DNA of 64,000 bases, taken from contig JAUCBJ010007275.1 in the NCBI GenBank assembly GCA_032718475.1, forward strand, positions 1 to 64,000. The letters run 5' to 3'. A program made the position numbers and the translations under genes. This document shows positions 32,805 through 44,888 of the stretch, piece after piece; position 1 is the stretch's first letter, and each line of letters begins with the position of its first letter. Source of the stretch: Nemertoderma westbladi. Its lineage: Eukaryota > Animalia > Xenacoelomorpha. The notes beneath the pieces were generated by a model. The model ran no database searches and had not been told where the DNA came from. It saw nothing but the letters and a program-made list of their open reading frames with translations.

Positions 32805-35800
32805 TTAAGGAAGGAATTCCTTTATGTATTTAACAGTTAGTTCAACATGCCAAGTATCAAACCAGACTTTACTGATCACACCAACTACTGCTTGACAAGC
32901 GTGTTTGGAAGAAGCCTTTAGCAGCCAGGAGGAGCCATCTTCAAACGACAAATTAAGGAATACATCAAGTGAGCATTTAACCTCTGCAATAAGTTGAGTA
33001 ATATTCTGCTGGAAACAACCCGGTTCTAAAACTTCGGAGAATTGTTGGTCTTGTAATTCGTCCGTGGGCGGACTCAGGTTGTTGGGTAGTGGCCACTGAA
33101 ACGATTGCCGTACCAAACATAGTTGATGCGGCGTCACAACCAGGGTCAAGGGGACTAGACAACCATCTCGCTGGAAGAATACCAGAAACCTGTTGAGAAC
33201 AACTTTACCGAGCCCTGTAAATATCGTCTGCAGACGAGTCAGTTCGAGATTGGAAGAGTCGGGCTCAAAACTGGTAAGTTTTGCGATATTAATAACTTTT
33301 GACATGTAGTTTTTGAACGTAAGACAAACACTGCTGTCTCGAAACAGAAACGAATACGACAACGCTTTGAAGTTACGAGTGCCCAATTTCGAAGAGCATT
33401 CGATGCGAACTGACTGGTAATCAGCGTCCACGAGGAATCGGCTGACCTCCGGTGGTTGGAAGCTATCCAACTGCACCAGGAAGCGAGACACATCGGAGCT
33501 GCGCGCCGCTACATCGCAGCGCAACTCGAACAAGTGGAATCGCGAGCTGGGTTGCACCGTAGTCGTAGATCCAGAGTGCACGAACAAACAGTCGAACTCC
33601 ACTGTCCTCATATACTTGACGGCGTCGACCCTGAGTACGCAAGGAATATTGTTATCGTCCCTGTCCCCGAGGACGAGACTGAGGAACAACTGGATCCTGT
33701 GGTCCAGGTCGTCGTATTTGTTGAAACCCCGCACGGGAAGGTCTACGAGAGGTCTGGTCGGCAGGTCGGTTGTTGATTGGCTGGAATAACTCGCGTCAAA
33801 TCCGGACATATCACGAGAAGAAACTGATTGATTCGGACCTTTAGTCGTTATCATCGCACCGACGTCACACGAATTCGGTTTAGCTACATCAAAATTTGCT
33901 ATTAATGGTTTATTTATTAGTCCTAAATCATTATTAGGGCAGTATTTGCTAAGGTCGACACCACGAGGTAAGGTTTGGGGTCTGTCAGTGGCGAACTTCT
34001 GTGGTGTCGAGGTGGAATTTGGTAGAAAATTTGTCGGTGCATCCGAAAATGATTCATCATTCGGACCAGAAATCAAATTCTTTACTTTATCTTTAATTAC
34101 AGCTAAACTGCTTCGCATGCTGCCCAGACTACTCTTCCTGCTGTGTCTACTACTGCTGCTCCCAGTGTTACTAGTTGTGTCGTCAAAGTCACGGACGGAA
34201 TCGCTGGGTTTATTCGCCGTTAACTCAACAACCATATGCGATTCGCATTTAGGACAACACAGACTCAGAGTCGAGCTCTCCGTTGCATCTTTATTAAAAG
34301 GATTCTTAAAATATCTTTCTATAAGTTTCCCTTCGCTTTTAAGGAAAGTAACATTGGAACATTTTAAACACTTATATGTATCTTCCTGCAGTGGAATATT
34401 TGGCCGAATTCGACGGCTTATTAGATCAAGGAATTCAGCCTTTCTGTCATTTTCAATAATCTGATAGACACGATATTCTTTCGTCCTATTATAATAGGAA
34501 AATTTCAAACGAAAAACGCCAATTTTGTTTTCAATGATCTCCAATAACGAATCCAAAGCGAAGTTCTCCAGATGGCGACCGCAGTAATCCACTTCGATTA
34601 TGGAATCATCAGTGACCTTGAGGATGACCTCGTCATCTTCAGAGCCGCGTCGCACGATGAACGGATTGGCGATGAGCGAAGGAGAAACCGGTTCCGGGAT
34701 GGCAGCATATTCAGGCGTCGGGGAATTTTCAATTTGGAAATCGACGGGAGAAGTACGATTGCTAGGTTCACGATCCGAAGGATAAAGGATACCATTATTA
34801 GCCTCTTTACTAGCAACATCCTCATCAAATTCAGTTTTGACACGCTCATAAGTGACATTATCAGCTTTATCGTTATCTTCCACAGGAACTGTTTGTGGTT
34901 CATCGGCAAATTCATTGTTAGTGTCAGCATTTACAGAAGTTGGGCTAACTCTTGCGGATTCAACATAGTCTACAGTGGAGGCGTCCACAGGGACATAGCC
35001 TAGAGTGGATACCGAGGTCGCTGCAGTGGATGGTAGAACATCCGGGCCGTAATTAATCCCCAACAAGTACAGAGGACCCATCTGCTTTCTCTGCATCTCG
35101 TAAGGAAATCCCTCGCTCTTAGTGGGGTCAACATCCTCTGCTGTTGTGTCGCATTCAGAAGTTGTTGGGGCGTCGGAAACAGCCGTCAAGAGTTCGGTGC
35201 TGCCACCACTGCGATTCTGAATGACAGGCATTCTGTGTTTCTTTCTACGTCGTTTTACATTGGGGCTTTGGATAATATCAGGGACGTTAGTCGCTCCTAT
35301 TGCAGGGATACCTTCTGGGAGGGGGCGGAGTGACATTGTCACTGACGATTCCCCATACCTCTCTCTGGGTACAAGACTCCTAGTTCCAAACGAGAGTTTC
35401 TCTTTGCTGGAAAACTGAGTTGCATCCAATGTAACTGTATCAACATTGATTCTCGGATTTAACGCAGAGCAAACCAAAAGTCGATAGTTGGGACTACAAG
35501 AGAGAGGTGTCCCCTTGAAGTTAATAGTTTGGATATGGACTAACATACATAAATCAACGATTCCTTTAAACCCAAGAATAAGATTGAATGACATGCTCAG
35601 CATTTGGAGGTTACATAAACAATCCAAATTAGTCAACGTAGAAATATGGTTGAAATCGACGACAAGGTGAGTAATCTGAGAAGGTAATTGCGGAAGGATT
35701 TCGAGGTGGTTGTAACTCAAGTTGAGGGATCGCAATTGGTTCAAATTGCGAATAGAATCTGTTAGACTGTCAGTTCTTAATAAGTTATAGGAGAGATCAA

Positions 35801-36362
35801 GATGGGTTAGTTTGGGAGTCAAAAGAAGTGAAGAATCTAGCTGGTCGAATCTGTTATGACTGAGATGTAGTTCGGTTAACTGGTCCCAATTAGCGGGTGG
35901 GGCGCGATCACCACCACACTCACTGAGTAACTCGTAAGTGCTGTGAAGCATCCGGTAACAATCCAAATACTTCAACCGCGAGCGAAGTTGGGTTAAACCA
36001 GCCACCAAGTTAATAGGTATTTTATTCAGAATTAGGCAGGTTAGGTTGGGTAAATGATGTAGCCGGATTGGAGCTTGTATGGTGCTAGTGTGATGAACGA
36101 GTGACAAACTATCGCATTGAACAAAAGCTGAATGAAGACTGGATAAATGCCGTCTGTAGGCATCATCGTGAACACGGTGGTGGACAGCGCCAGAGTTTAA
36201 GGCATCAAAAGCTTCTCCAATAAACACCAATAACGAGGCTGAAATGTCTAAGTTATGGGGGTTTCCCCTTTTTTCAATTAGAATTGTCAACCATTCTACA
36301 TACTTGAGCGTGCTAACAGCAGCAACATCAAATTTAAACGGATAGCGATCCAGGGACGACAT
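32805..36362 (-). CDS. STK11IP: Serine/threonine kinase 11-interacting protein (LIP1), intronless; likely ATG at 36362 (1185 aa)
   Basis: N-terminal LRRs (LTELHLSHNRF, LTHLDLSYN, LRSLNLSYNHL), low-complexity middle, CxxC...CPKC zinc ribbon, conserved DHRIQLFL motif and PH-like C-terminal region. Confidence 0.85.
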   Translation of the reverse strand: MSSLDRYPFKFDVAAVSTLKYVEWLTILIEKRGNPHNLDISASLLVFIGEAFDALNSGAVHHRVHDDAYRRHLSSLHSAFVQCDSLSLVHHTSTIQAPIRLHHLPNLTCLILNKIPINLVAGLTQLRSRLKYLDCYRMLHSTYELLSECGGDRAPPANWDQLTELHLSHNRFDQLDSSLLLTPKLTHLDLSYNLLRTDSLTDSIRNLNQLRSLNLSYNHLEILPQLPSQITHLVVDFNHISTLTNLDCLCNLQMLSMSFNLILGFKGIVDLCMLVHIQTINFKGTPLSCSPNYRLLVCSALNPRINVDTVTLDATQFSSKEKLSFGTRSLVPRERYGESSVTMSLRPLPEGIPAIGATNVPDIIQSPNVKRRRKKHRMPVIQNRSGGSTELLTAVSDAPTTSECDTTAEDVDPTKSEGFPYEMQRKQMGPLYLLGINYGPDVLPSTAATSVSTLGYVPVDASTVDYVESARVSPTSVNADTNNEFADEPQTVPVEDNDKADNVTYERVKTEFDEDVASKEANNGILYPSDREPSNRTSPVDFQIENSPTPEYAAIPEPVSPSLIANPFIVRRGSEDDEVILKVTDDSIIEVDYCGRHLENFALDSLLEIIENKIGVFRLKFSYYNRTKEYRVYQIIENDRKAEFLDLISRRIRPNIPLQEDTYKCLKCSNVTFLKSEGKLIERYFKNPFNKDATESSTLSLCCPKCESHMVVELTANKPSDSVRDFDDTTSNTGSSSSRHSRKSSLGSMRSSLAVIKDKVKNLISGPNDESFSDAPTNFLPNSTSTPQKFATDRPQTLPRGVDLSKYCPNNDLGLINKPLIANFDVAKPNSCDVGAMITTKGPNQSVSSRDMSGFDASYSSQSTTDLPTRPLVDLPVRGFNKYDDLDHRIQLFLSLVLGDRDDNNIPCVLRVDAVKYMRTVEFDCLFVHSGSTTTVQPSSRFHLFELRCDVAARSSDVSRFLVQLDSFQPPEVSRFLVDADYQSVRIECSSKLGTRNFKALSYSFLFRDSSVCLTFKNYMSKVINIAKLTSFEPDSSNLELTRLQTIFTGLGKVVLNRFLVFFQRDGCLVPLTLVVTPHQLCLVRQSFQWPLPNNLSPPTDELQDQQFSEVLEPGCFQQNITQLIAEVKCSLDVFLNLSFEDGSSWLLKASSKHACQAVVGVISKVWFDTWHVELTVKYIKEFLP

Positions 36363-37455
36363 AATAATATATAAATAAACAAAATAATCAGTGAATTCAG
36401 AATTAGTACCGTATAGCAAATTGGTCAAAAGAGACCTGAGAATGACACATGTTTAATGTTTATAACATAATATTGGTAGGTCACTTAGTCACTTAAGTAA
36501 CATAGGGTTAAATTGCACACATTCATACTACACTACAGTACTACCTAGGCGTAATCGTAAAGACTGATAAAATATTTACTGTCGATATCTGTATATTCCA
36601 AAATGTTACTATTATTACTTAGCCTTGCCTATATATATCATTTACTTACTCCTCGTTGTTTATAGCTCGTTAGGCCCTATTTTATTACTTTATTAGCTGA
36701 ACCGGTAGGCCTACTCCCAATACTGCAATAAATCGACTCCCAGATTTACCGATTTACCTTTCCAAACAAATTACGTTCTCATTTAAAAATCCAAATGAAA
36801 CTATTTATTCTTAAATTGTTACTTTTTCGCTATAATATCAAATACACCTCAAAATCGGGAGAAAAGTGAGTACTTTTTTTCCCTCGGCAAACAAGTAACC
36901 CATACGATTGCATTGATCTTACTTTTTCTCCCGGCGAAAAAAGTAAAATAGGAAAATATTAAAGATTTCTGGTTTGAATTTCTTAAATTTTATTATTTAG
37001 GGCCTAGGCCCCCTATGTGTTGGAAGAGCATCGTCATAGAAAAGGTTTGCGACTTTAGCGTCTGACTGCAAGGGGAACTCCAAAACAGTTAAATAGGCTC
37101 TCTACTCTACTCTCTAGTAAGTAGCCTAATAAATATTCAAGAAAAATAATTTTTTTAAATCTGAGTCAGGCAGCATCAGGCTGTCAGGCTCAGGAGTTGA
37201 AGAGTACAATCATTGGAATCGCAGTAACTATGGAAGCAATATTTGAATAGGTCTATAGGCTATAGCAGTATAGTAAAATAGTGCAGTTCAATCTTTTTGC
37301 AACACACTTTCATTATATCTTGTATTAAAGAATTATAACAGTCGGGGAGAAGTTCAAATTTCAACTGAGTTGAAATTTAAAACTTTTTTTTTTAAATTCA
37401 ACTTTAAGTTGAAAATTCAACTCTAAAATGGTAGGAGGCCCAGAAGGCCCCTAAG

Positions 37456-38277
37456 TAGGGCTCGATCGGAGTTGGGATTTGGCCGGAGCCGGAGCAGGAG
37501 TTGGACAATTTGGCCGGAGCCGGAGCAGGAGCCGGAGCAGGAGCCGGAGTTTTTCAAAAATTTTAAAAATTTAATTATTTATTTTAAAAAAAATAAAGTA
37601 CCCGGTATGGTTATCGTTTGCCAATCGCTCATAATCAATCATACTGTCAGACTGTAGGTATAATTAATTTCATAATTTATAGATTTACGAATTTTCAATT
37701 TAAAATTTAAGTAATTAATTTATCACTGTATCATGGACAGACGGCCTGACGCTGACGGCGACGGCCTGATGCTGACGGCGACGGCCTGACGGCTAAAAAT
37801 TACCTACAGTACCTACCTCCCTAACTGTCTAACTGTGGTAGAGGTGTGTACTGTAGGTAGCCTACCGTACGTGTACCAGTAGGCCTACTGCAGTACAGTA
37901 TGCTGGCATGACAGCAGTAAATGGCTGCAGTGGTACTGTCTGATAGTGTACAATCATAGCATTTACAATTTTTTAAAGTAGGGCCTATCTGTCTGCTAGT
38001 CAGCCAGCTGGCCAGTACCAGTACTGCAGTACAGTCAGTCAGTCATTGACTTTAAGTAAATACTGCAGTATTATCAGATTATACTTGATATTGAAGCTGT
38101 AGGCCCTACTACAGTACTTATAGTGTTAAATAATTGTTCAGATTAGAATATGCACGAAATATAATACTTTATTAAAAAATTAACTCCGGCAATATTTTTA
38201 CTGGAGCCGGAGCAGGAGCCGGAGGTGCCAAAATGGCCGGAGCCGGAGCCGGAGGCCGGAGCTCCGATCGAGCCCTA
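37456..38277. mobile_element. Non-autonomous hAT element (822 bp)
   Basis: TIR TAGGGCTCGATCGGAG/CTCCGATCGAGCCCTA, 8-bp TSD CCCCTAAG, subterminal GGAGCC repeats. Confidence 0.93.
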
Positions 38278-38550
38278 CCCCTAAGACGTGATGACAGAAG
38301 GAGAAGGCAGACTGGCAGAGTGGTGTTTTTATTGTTTTTAAGGATGTAGGCCTAAGCGTAAGGTAACTCGAAAAATGAACCCTCATTACGATTACCCTGT
38401 TACCGATGGAATAAAAACTTTCACCGTTGGGATTACTTTTTTTTAAAACATTTTAAGTGATTACATTTGGATAATAGCTGAAATACTATCAACTATCAGA
38501 CTATACAGCTATAGGTCCTACACTGGAATTTATTAGACATATTAAATTAC

Positions 38551-40501
38551 CAGTCGGTGAGAAGTCAAAAATTGGACTTCAAGTCCAATTTTAGACTTCG
38601 AGTCCAATTTTAGACTTCGAGTCCAATTTTGGACTCCAAAGTCCAATATTGGACTTTAGTACAACTCCAAGTGTACCCATACTGCCATACTGTATATCGG
38701 TATTTAAATCAAAACGGCATCCCGTATCAGTACATATATATTACATAATTACAATGCAACATTATTTTAATGATCAAATTAATTATTATATGTATTATAC
38801 TGTTATAAACAGGGATCGCACACGTACAGTCAGACATCAGTAGTTACTTTTTGCGGTAGTGGTATAGCTTTGCACTTTGCGGTAGCCTTACTGCCTTAGC
38901 GGTGTATACCGCGGTAGCGTAGTTGAGTTATAGCTGTATAGTTCATTCATACCCACAGACCCATACTGCCATACCTGTGGTATTTTCGTATGGCAAAAAT
39001 AAGACTACTGTAAACTGTAACCTATTGTGTTATTGAGTTAATGTTTATTGACTAATTGTTTTGATTAGGTTCACTGTATCAAGTAAAATGCACACATCTC
39101 TGCATCTCCAACCAGACACTATATAACATTGGAGTTGGAGGTGTCTCATTCAGTCATTGGTTCCCCCAAGCTTGACACTAGAACAAAGCCGCCTCCGCTT
39201 TGCAGGACATCGCTTTAAGCCGTGAGGACCAGCCAGTGCACCTCATGGAGTGAATAAGCATGGTGGACAGCCCATGACTTTCTTGAGACGCATCTTTCTT
39301 ACTGTCTTAAAGGACACTGGCCTTGAAGATGCGGATGATCTAGCAAATGTCATAGGTGATAAGGCTGTAAGAGTGTAAGGGAGTTGTGGAGGCGCACTTT
39401 TCCCTGCTTTTGTCAACAAGCCGGCACAGCATTCTTAATACATTATAGGGCCTATATATATAATGCAGCTGCAATGAATCATGCCGATTGTAGTAGTAGT
39501 ATGTGGTGAGGTTATAGGGCTCCTTCAATTGGTAAAGTCAAAAGTGGGCGTTTATTGTTTTAGTTAGAAAAGCCTGCCTCTGTAACCTGTTCCTTTCCCT
39601 CAATTGGTTTATGATTATGACGTGTGTTACTTGTTACTTCTGTACTTATTATGTGGAGACCCCAACACGTTAATCAGTTACTAATCCCATTTCATTATCC
39701 TGTTATCCAGCCGTTTTATAATACCCTCCCTGTTGTATGGAAAATTAGAAGAGATGGTGGTAGCATCAACTTGTAGTATTTCTTTCTGATAGGGCTCCCA
39801 TAGCCTTAGACGAAATCATAGCTTGTACTGTAGTTAGCCTTAGCAGCAGCTGCAGTTGGCTAACCTGGCATTGCTACCAGTATCCACCAAATATAATTTG
39901 TAATTAAATATTTGTTGGAGCATAATCTAATCTAGTCCTAAAGACACTATAAAGTCCTGGGTACATAAGGCTGTAAGGTTAGACATAACATGAATGTAAA
40001 TTGTAAACTAAACAATATGCTAAAAGTAAAGTACAAAGTACCTAGAATGCTAGAATGTACCATTATATTCTAAGTACAGTACAGTCATTACACTGCAGGC
40101 AGATACATACAGAGCTGCAAAGGTAACTTTCCATAATTTAACAGCTGTCTGGCTGTCTCTCATCTGTCATGCTTCATGTACCTTTAAGTTCGATTCTCAA
40201 TGTCACGTCCAAAATTGGACTTAAAGTCCAATATTGGACTTTTGTAAAAATTCAAAGCCTTATAAAAAAAGTTCCCCCTGGCTGCCTGGTGAATTTCAGG
40301 TCCCCCTGTTCAAAACTCTTATTTTTTGATATATTTTCGATTAAAGAAAAAAAATCCCGCCCGATCCAATTACCCAAGGCCCTGGAACAATTGGCTGATT
40401 TGAAGTCCAATATTGGACTCACAGAAGTCCAATTTTGGACTTGAACTGGAGTCGAAGTCCAATTTTGGACTCAAGTCCAATTTTTGACTTCTCACCGACT
40501 G
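38551..40501. mobile_element. TIR element with CAGTCGGTGAGAAGTCAAAAATTGGACT termini (possibly EnSpm-like)
   Basis: Perfect ~28-bp TIR, subterminal AGTCCAA/TTGGACT repeats, possible 2-bp TSD AC. Confidence 0.8.
39085..39430 (+). mobile_element. RTE LINE 3' fragment, second copy
   Basis: Matches the reverse complement of about 13700-14000 (GCATGGTGGACAGCCCATGACTTTCTTGAGACGCATC...GAAGATGCGGATGATCTAGCAAATGTCAT). Confidence 0.8.
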
Positions 40502-41600
40502 ACGGTATCTCTGTCAGTCTGCAGTCTGTAGGCTATGTCATAATTATTACCGTATATAATACTGTAATAAAATCCAAGTGATGGATTCCAAATCGATATT
40601 TAAGTATTTCAAAACCTAGGCCTACTCAAAAAGTTGAATAAAAAAAAGTTGAATTTTAAATCCTACTTCAAAAGTTGAATTTTAAAAAATAAAGTTGAAA
40701 TTTGAACTCAGTTGAATATAGAACTTCTCCCCGACTGTATAACACTTTTTCGTTATATAGGCCTATATTTTATTAAAGAATTAGGCCTATAAAACCAACA
40801 AAAAAGTACAAATTTAAGAATAATTAATTAATTATGTATTACTGTATTACATGTAAAAAAAATGTAGAACGTTCAATTTTTCAATATTTTTTTGTCCCTT
40901 TGCCTTTATTAACCTCGATGGCGCTCTCAGGCTCTCACTCTGTAAATAAAATGCAGAAATGCTTCGAGCTCGAGGCTCAAGCATAGTGAAAAGTTATACT
41001 TTTTTTTCCCCAAAAATAAATAATTATTTAGTTGGAAATTAATTGAATAAAATGGATACGGTATTACAGTATTAGGCCTACAGTATTAATTCCATATCCA
41101 TAAACAATAAACATCAGAACATTACAATTTATTGTATTATACTGTCAGACTGTTATAATTAATGGATTAGCCTAAATAAAAGAGAGTATAAACAGATAAA
41201 CGAGGTAATATAAGGTCATTGTATATGGCTGTATGGTGAAATATGAAGTATATACCTGTCTGCCTGTATACCCCGGTACGGTACCGGTACTGTACTGCTG
41301 TACCGGTCAGCCGGTAGGTGAAATGAGATAAAAATACTGTAAATAAACACTCTGAGTCTGGAGTGAATAGTCTGGAACAATATAGGTAAAAATAACTGTT
41401 TTTGAGGTAGAAAATAACTATTCAAATACGAAATAATCGGTCAAAAAATAAGCAAATTCCAGAATTCGGCATTTCCATTCTACCATTTAGTCAGTTAGTA
41501 GGCCTAGACATTTAGAGGATTAAAAACAGAAAAACAAGGCCTAAATCTGTAAATCGTAAATCTACCTTCAATAATTATTTAATTACCAACTACAGAACTA

Positions 41601-44510
41601 TTTTTTTTTTTATTTATTTCTGAACAATTTACTACATTTCTACATACAATGTAGAATGTAGACGGTGGTTGGACGGGTAGGCCCATTACACCAGCCACCG
41701 TTAGCACTCAACAATTGTAGCTGCACTAAGAAACGCATTACAAAAACAAATAACCGACAAATCTACTGTACGATCGAGTATCATAGTAATCAAGCGTAAG
41801 TAATTGCAACTATAAAACAACCAACCTACTGTAGTTACGATTATACTGCCGCACTGCATTATACTGCAATAATTATATAAGTGCACTTTTAATTATAGAG
41901 GAATAATCCTAAACAATACATATCTAATTAGTTGGTGTGGAAACGAAAATAGAAAACTGTAATTCGGATACAAACCTAAAATTGAAATATAAAACAAAGT
42001 TCTAACTAAGATAATATCTATGCAACAACAATACGGTACTCTATATACAGTGATCTGTATTGTAAGCATCTATCTAACAATACGGTACGTAATCTAATAT
42101 ATTTGTAACAATAGAAAGTGTAACAGTTTTGTTTAGCGTGTACATGTAAAATAGAAAATACATAAATAATAATAAAATGCATGTAGAAAACACAGTGTTA
42201 TTGCTCTGAAGCGAGCAGTTTAGTTATGGCGTTTTTAAATAAATTTACTGAATTAGCGTTTCGTAAAGAAGAAGGCAGGGTGTTCAAGACCTCTGGTGCG
42301 CGCACTCTGATTGATTGTCTAGCAATCTCAAGGCGTGTGCGTGGTACCATATAGTTATTATTGGCTGCCGATCGCGTTTGGTGTTCATGTGTTGTTGATA
42401 TGAGAGTGAGTAGAGAAGGGAATATGTCAGATGGTAATAGTTTATGTATGTAGCTGTAGCTTAGTATTGTTATCTGTTTTATACTAGAACGCCATCAAGA
42501 TGGCTTTAAACGAACCTGTCTTACACAGACTCCAAGAAACAGATGGGATTGGAAGATGCAAACCAAGAATGACTTGCATCAACCAAAAAACTGCCTCCCA
42601 TCTAATGTAATACACATTCGCCTAGGCAAACAAATCATAATCACAATTACTACGATGATGTGTGAAATGGTATCCATATCCGCAACCTGAGAAACGGCCC
42701 AAAAGAGCAGTTTATTCTGCGGAGGGGTCTTTTCTGTATTAGATAAATAAAATAAAGAACACTATAATTACAGTATTTATACCTGATACATTCTCAGTTA
42801 GCCTAATAAAAACATCGGAGCAACCAATATAATGTACATGTACAAGCATCCTATGAAAGTTTGTGAAATGTTCCCTTAAGTCTACCCAACAGCCGTTGGT
42901 ACCCGGCTGGCAGCCACCCTGGTTCAGTTTTATGGTTTTGTTAGTTTAATCGACAGCTGTTGTAAACGTCCCAGATATACAAAACCTACTAAGCCTTTGC
43001 ATTACAATTGAGCTTAGCCTAAGTCGATGACAGTATTATAACGATGACAATTAGGCCCTATAGATACATACGATATATAAATGATGTACTGCTTGACATT
43101 ACACTAACTGGCTGAATAGAGATAGAACTATAATAATACGTTTGGCATTCTGTCAGATTTCAGTAGTAAGTAACCTCATAATAATTGCTAAATATCAATC
43201 ACCTGAAAAACATTTCAAGCAAGGGAGTTGTGGGTATTTAATTTCGCGTTCAATAATGTTGAAAATATGCAAATATTTCGAATATCGCACTTCGAATCGT
43301 TCCCAACTTTTTTATTCAACAACTAGACAACAATTGATAAATACTTGCGTTTACAATTTTACAATGCATGCAAGTGGTTTCAAGCCATTTGGTGAACATA
43401 CATAGTGAGTGATATATATAGGTAAATATATCCATCGTGTTTTTGCCGGCCTCAGCTTTAGACAAAAACTACCCAGTCTAAAGACAGGTTCGTTATAAAT
43501 AGATCGTATTGTAAGTGGAGTGAAGTCTGTGTTGCCTTTTGATACGACAATATTCTGGGCTCTCTGTTGCAGTTTGTGCAAGGTTGAAACATTAGTAGTG
43601 AGTTTGTCTGTTGGTTTTCGTCGCTTATGTCGATGTCTGTAGTGTTTGTTTGTAGGTCTGTTGGTGTCGGTGTTTATGGTTTTATACGATTTTGCTGCCC
43701 ACACAGTATTGCAGTACATCAGATACGGAGCTATCATCGTATTGTATAATACTATTAATGTTTTTGATGTGACCCACAATTTTTTATTTTATTTATTATG
43801 CCAATATTACGACTGATTTTGATACGTAGATAGTCACAGTGATTTTTCCAAGTCAGGTGTTCATCAATGTTGACACCCAGGAATTTGATAACTTTTTGTC
43901 GCTTAATTGTATTTCCGTTAATTGTTACAGCAGGTAGTGTGTTTAAGTCTAGCATTTTGTTTTGAGTTCGAAAAATAATGAAATTAGATTTTTTTATATT
44001 TAGAGACAGTCGGTTCAGTTGAAACCACTTTGTTAGTTTATCCAACTCATTGTTAATATCTGTAATCAGTGAGTTTAGGTCTGCACTGGATTTAAACATA
44101 TTCGTATCGTCAGCGTACAAAATGAATTTAGAAATGTTGGATACTGAGGGTAGGTCATTACAGTAGATTATAAATAACAAAGGGCTCAGAAGCGACCCTT
44201 GTGGTAATCCTATTACAATTGTGGAGTACTTTGATTGCGCTGTACCTACTGTCAGACTGTAACATATTGCACTCGATCTGTAAGGTAACTTGTGATCCAG
44301 ACCAGCGCTGTATCAGTTATCCCGTAGCGTTGTAGTTTCTGTATCAGTATTTTGTGGTTAACTGTGTCGAAGGCTTTAGATAAATCCAAAGACACTCCGA
44401 CACAGTATTCACCCTTGTCTAATGCGTCTGTGATGTTTTCTAGTAAGGTGAGTAAGGCATGCTGTGTAGAGCGTTTATTTCTGAAACCAAATTGATCAGG
44501 TGTAAGGATT
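41601..44510 (-). mobile_element. 5'-truncated CR1/L2-type LINE with poly(A) tail, interrupted by a Helentron-like insert
   Basis: RT motifs LDLSKAFDTVNHKIL, GLPQGSLLSPLLF, LYADDT, FLGVNID (43755-44400); 3' UTR ends in AATAAA + A-run at 41601-41618. Confidence 0.88.
42484..43498 (-). mobile_element. Helentron-associated non-autonomous element (HINE/DINE-1-like)
   Basis: 14-bp subterminal inverted repeat AACGAACCTGTCTT (42509) / AAGACAGGTTCGTT (43481), 3' hairpin GCCATC-TT-GATGGC then CTAG; it splits the LINE reading frame at an AT-rich site. Confidence 0.7.
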
Positions 44511-44564
44511 GCCTGTCTAACTTTGCTTGTCTAACTGCTTGCCTAACTAGTACTCAACGGGTGT

Positions 44565-44778
44565 TTGAAAAAGGTGGACTGGCAGACTGGACACAGAAAA
44601 CATGGATAACGGACAGACCAATCAGAAACGTATTATGCAAAGCAGTTTGTAGCAAAAAAAAGGTGGACTGGACAGGACACATGCACAAAAACATAGATAA
44701 TAGCTGAATAGTCTGACCAATCAGAAACGTATTAAAGCAATGCTATTTATTAGTGATTGGACTGTCCACCTTTTTCAG
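44565..44778. mobile_element. Small MITE-like element
   Basis: GAAAAAGGTGGAC...GTCCACCTTTTTC inverted ends; internal duplicated GACCAATCAGAAACGTATT. Confidence 0.5.
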
Positions 44779-44888
44779 GTTTCAATTATCTATCTACAGT
44801 ATAATGGGCAGATGGGCATGCTCTGGAAGCAGCTACCCCCTCCCCCCCCCCCCCCCCGCCGCGCAGATTGTCCCCCTATAGACTTACA

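Larger units (their letters stand above)
37339..40737. mobile_element. TIR element with CAGTCGGGGAGAAGTTC termini (superfamily unclear) hosting nested insertions
   Basis: Inverted termini at 37339 and 40737 with subterminal AGTTGAA/TTCAACT repeats; flanked by TATAA on both sides. Confidence 0.75.

Noticed and set aside
33239-35670. Antisense and overlapping ORFs within STK11IP (likewise within UNG, NCKIPSD, gag and pol)
   Set aside because: Shadow ORFs of real CDSs with no recognisable motifs.
36363-36428. 22-aa N-terminal extension of STK11IP in the ORF track
   Set aside because: Starts at TTG in AT-rich UTR-like sequence; the first ATG is at 36362.
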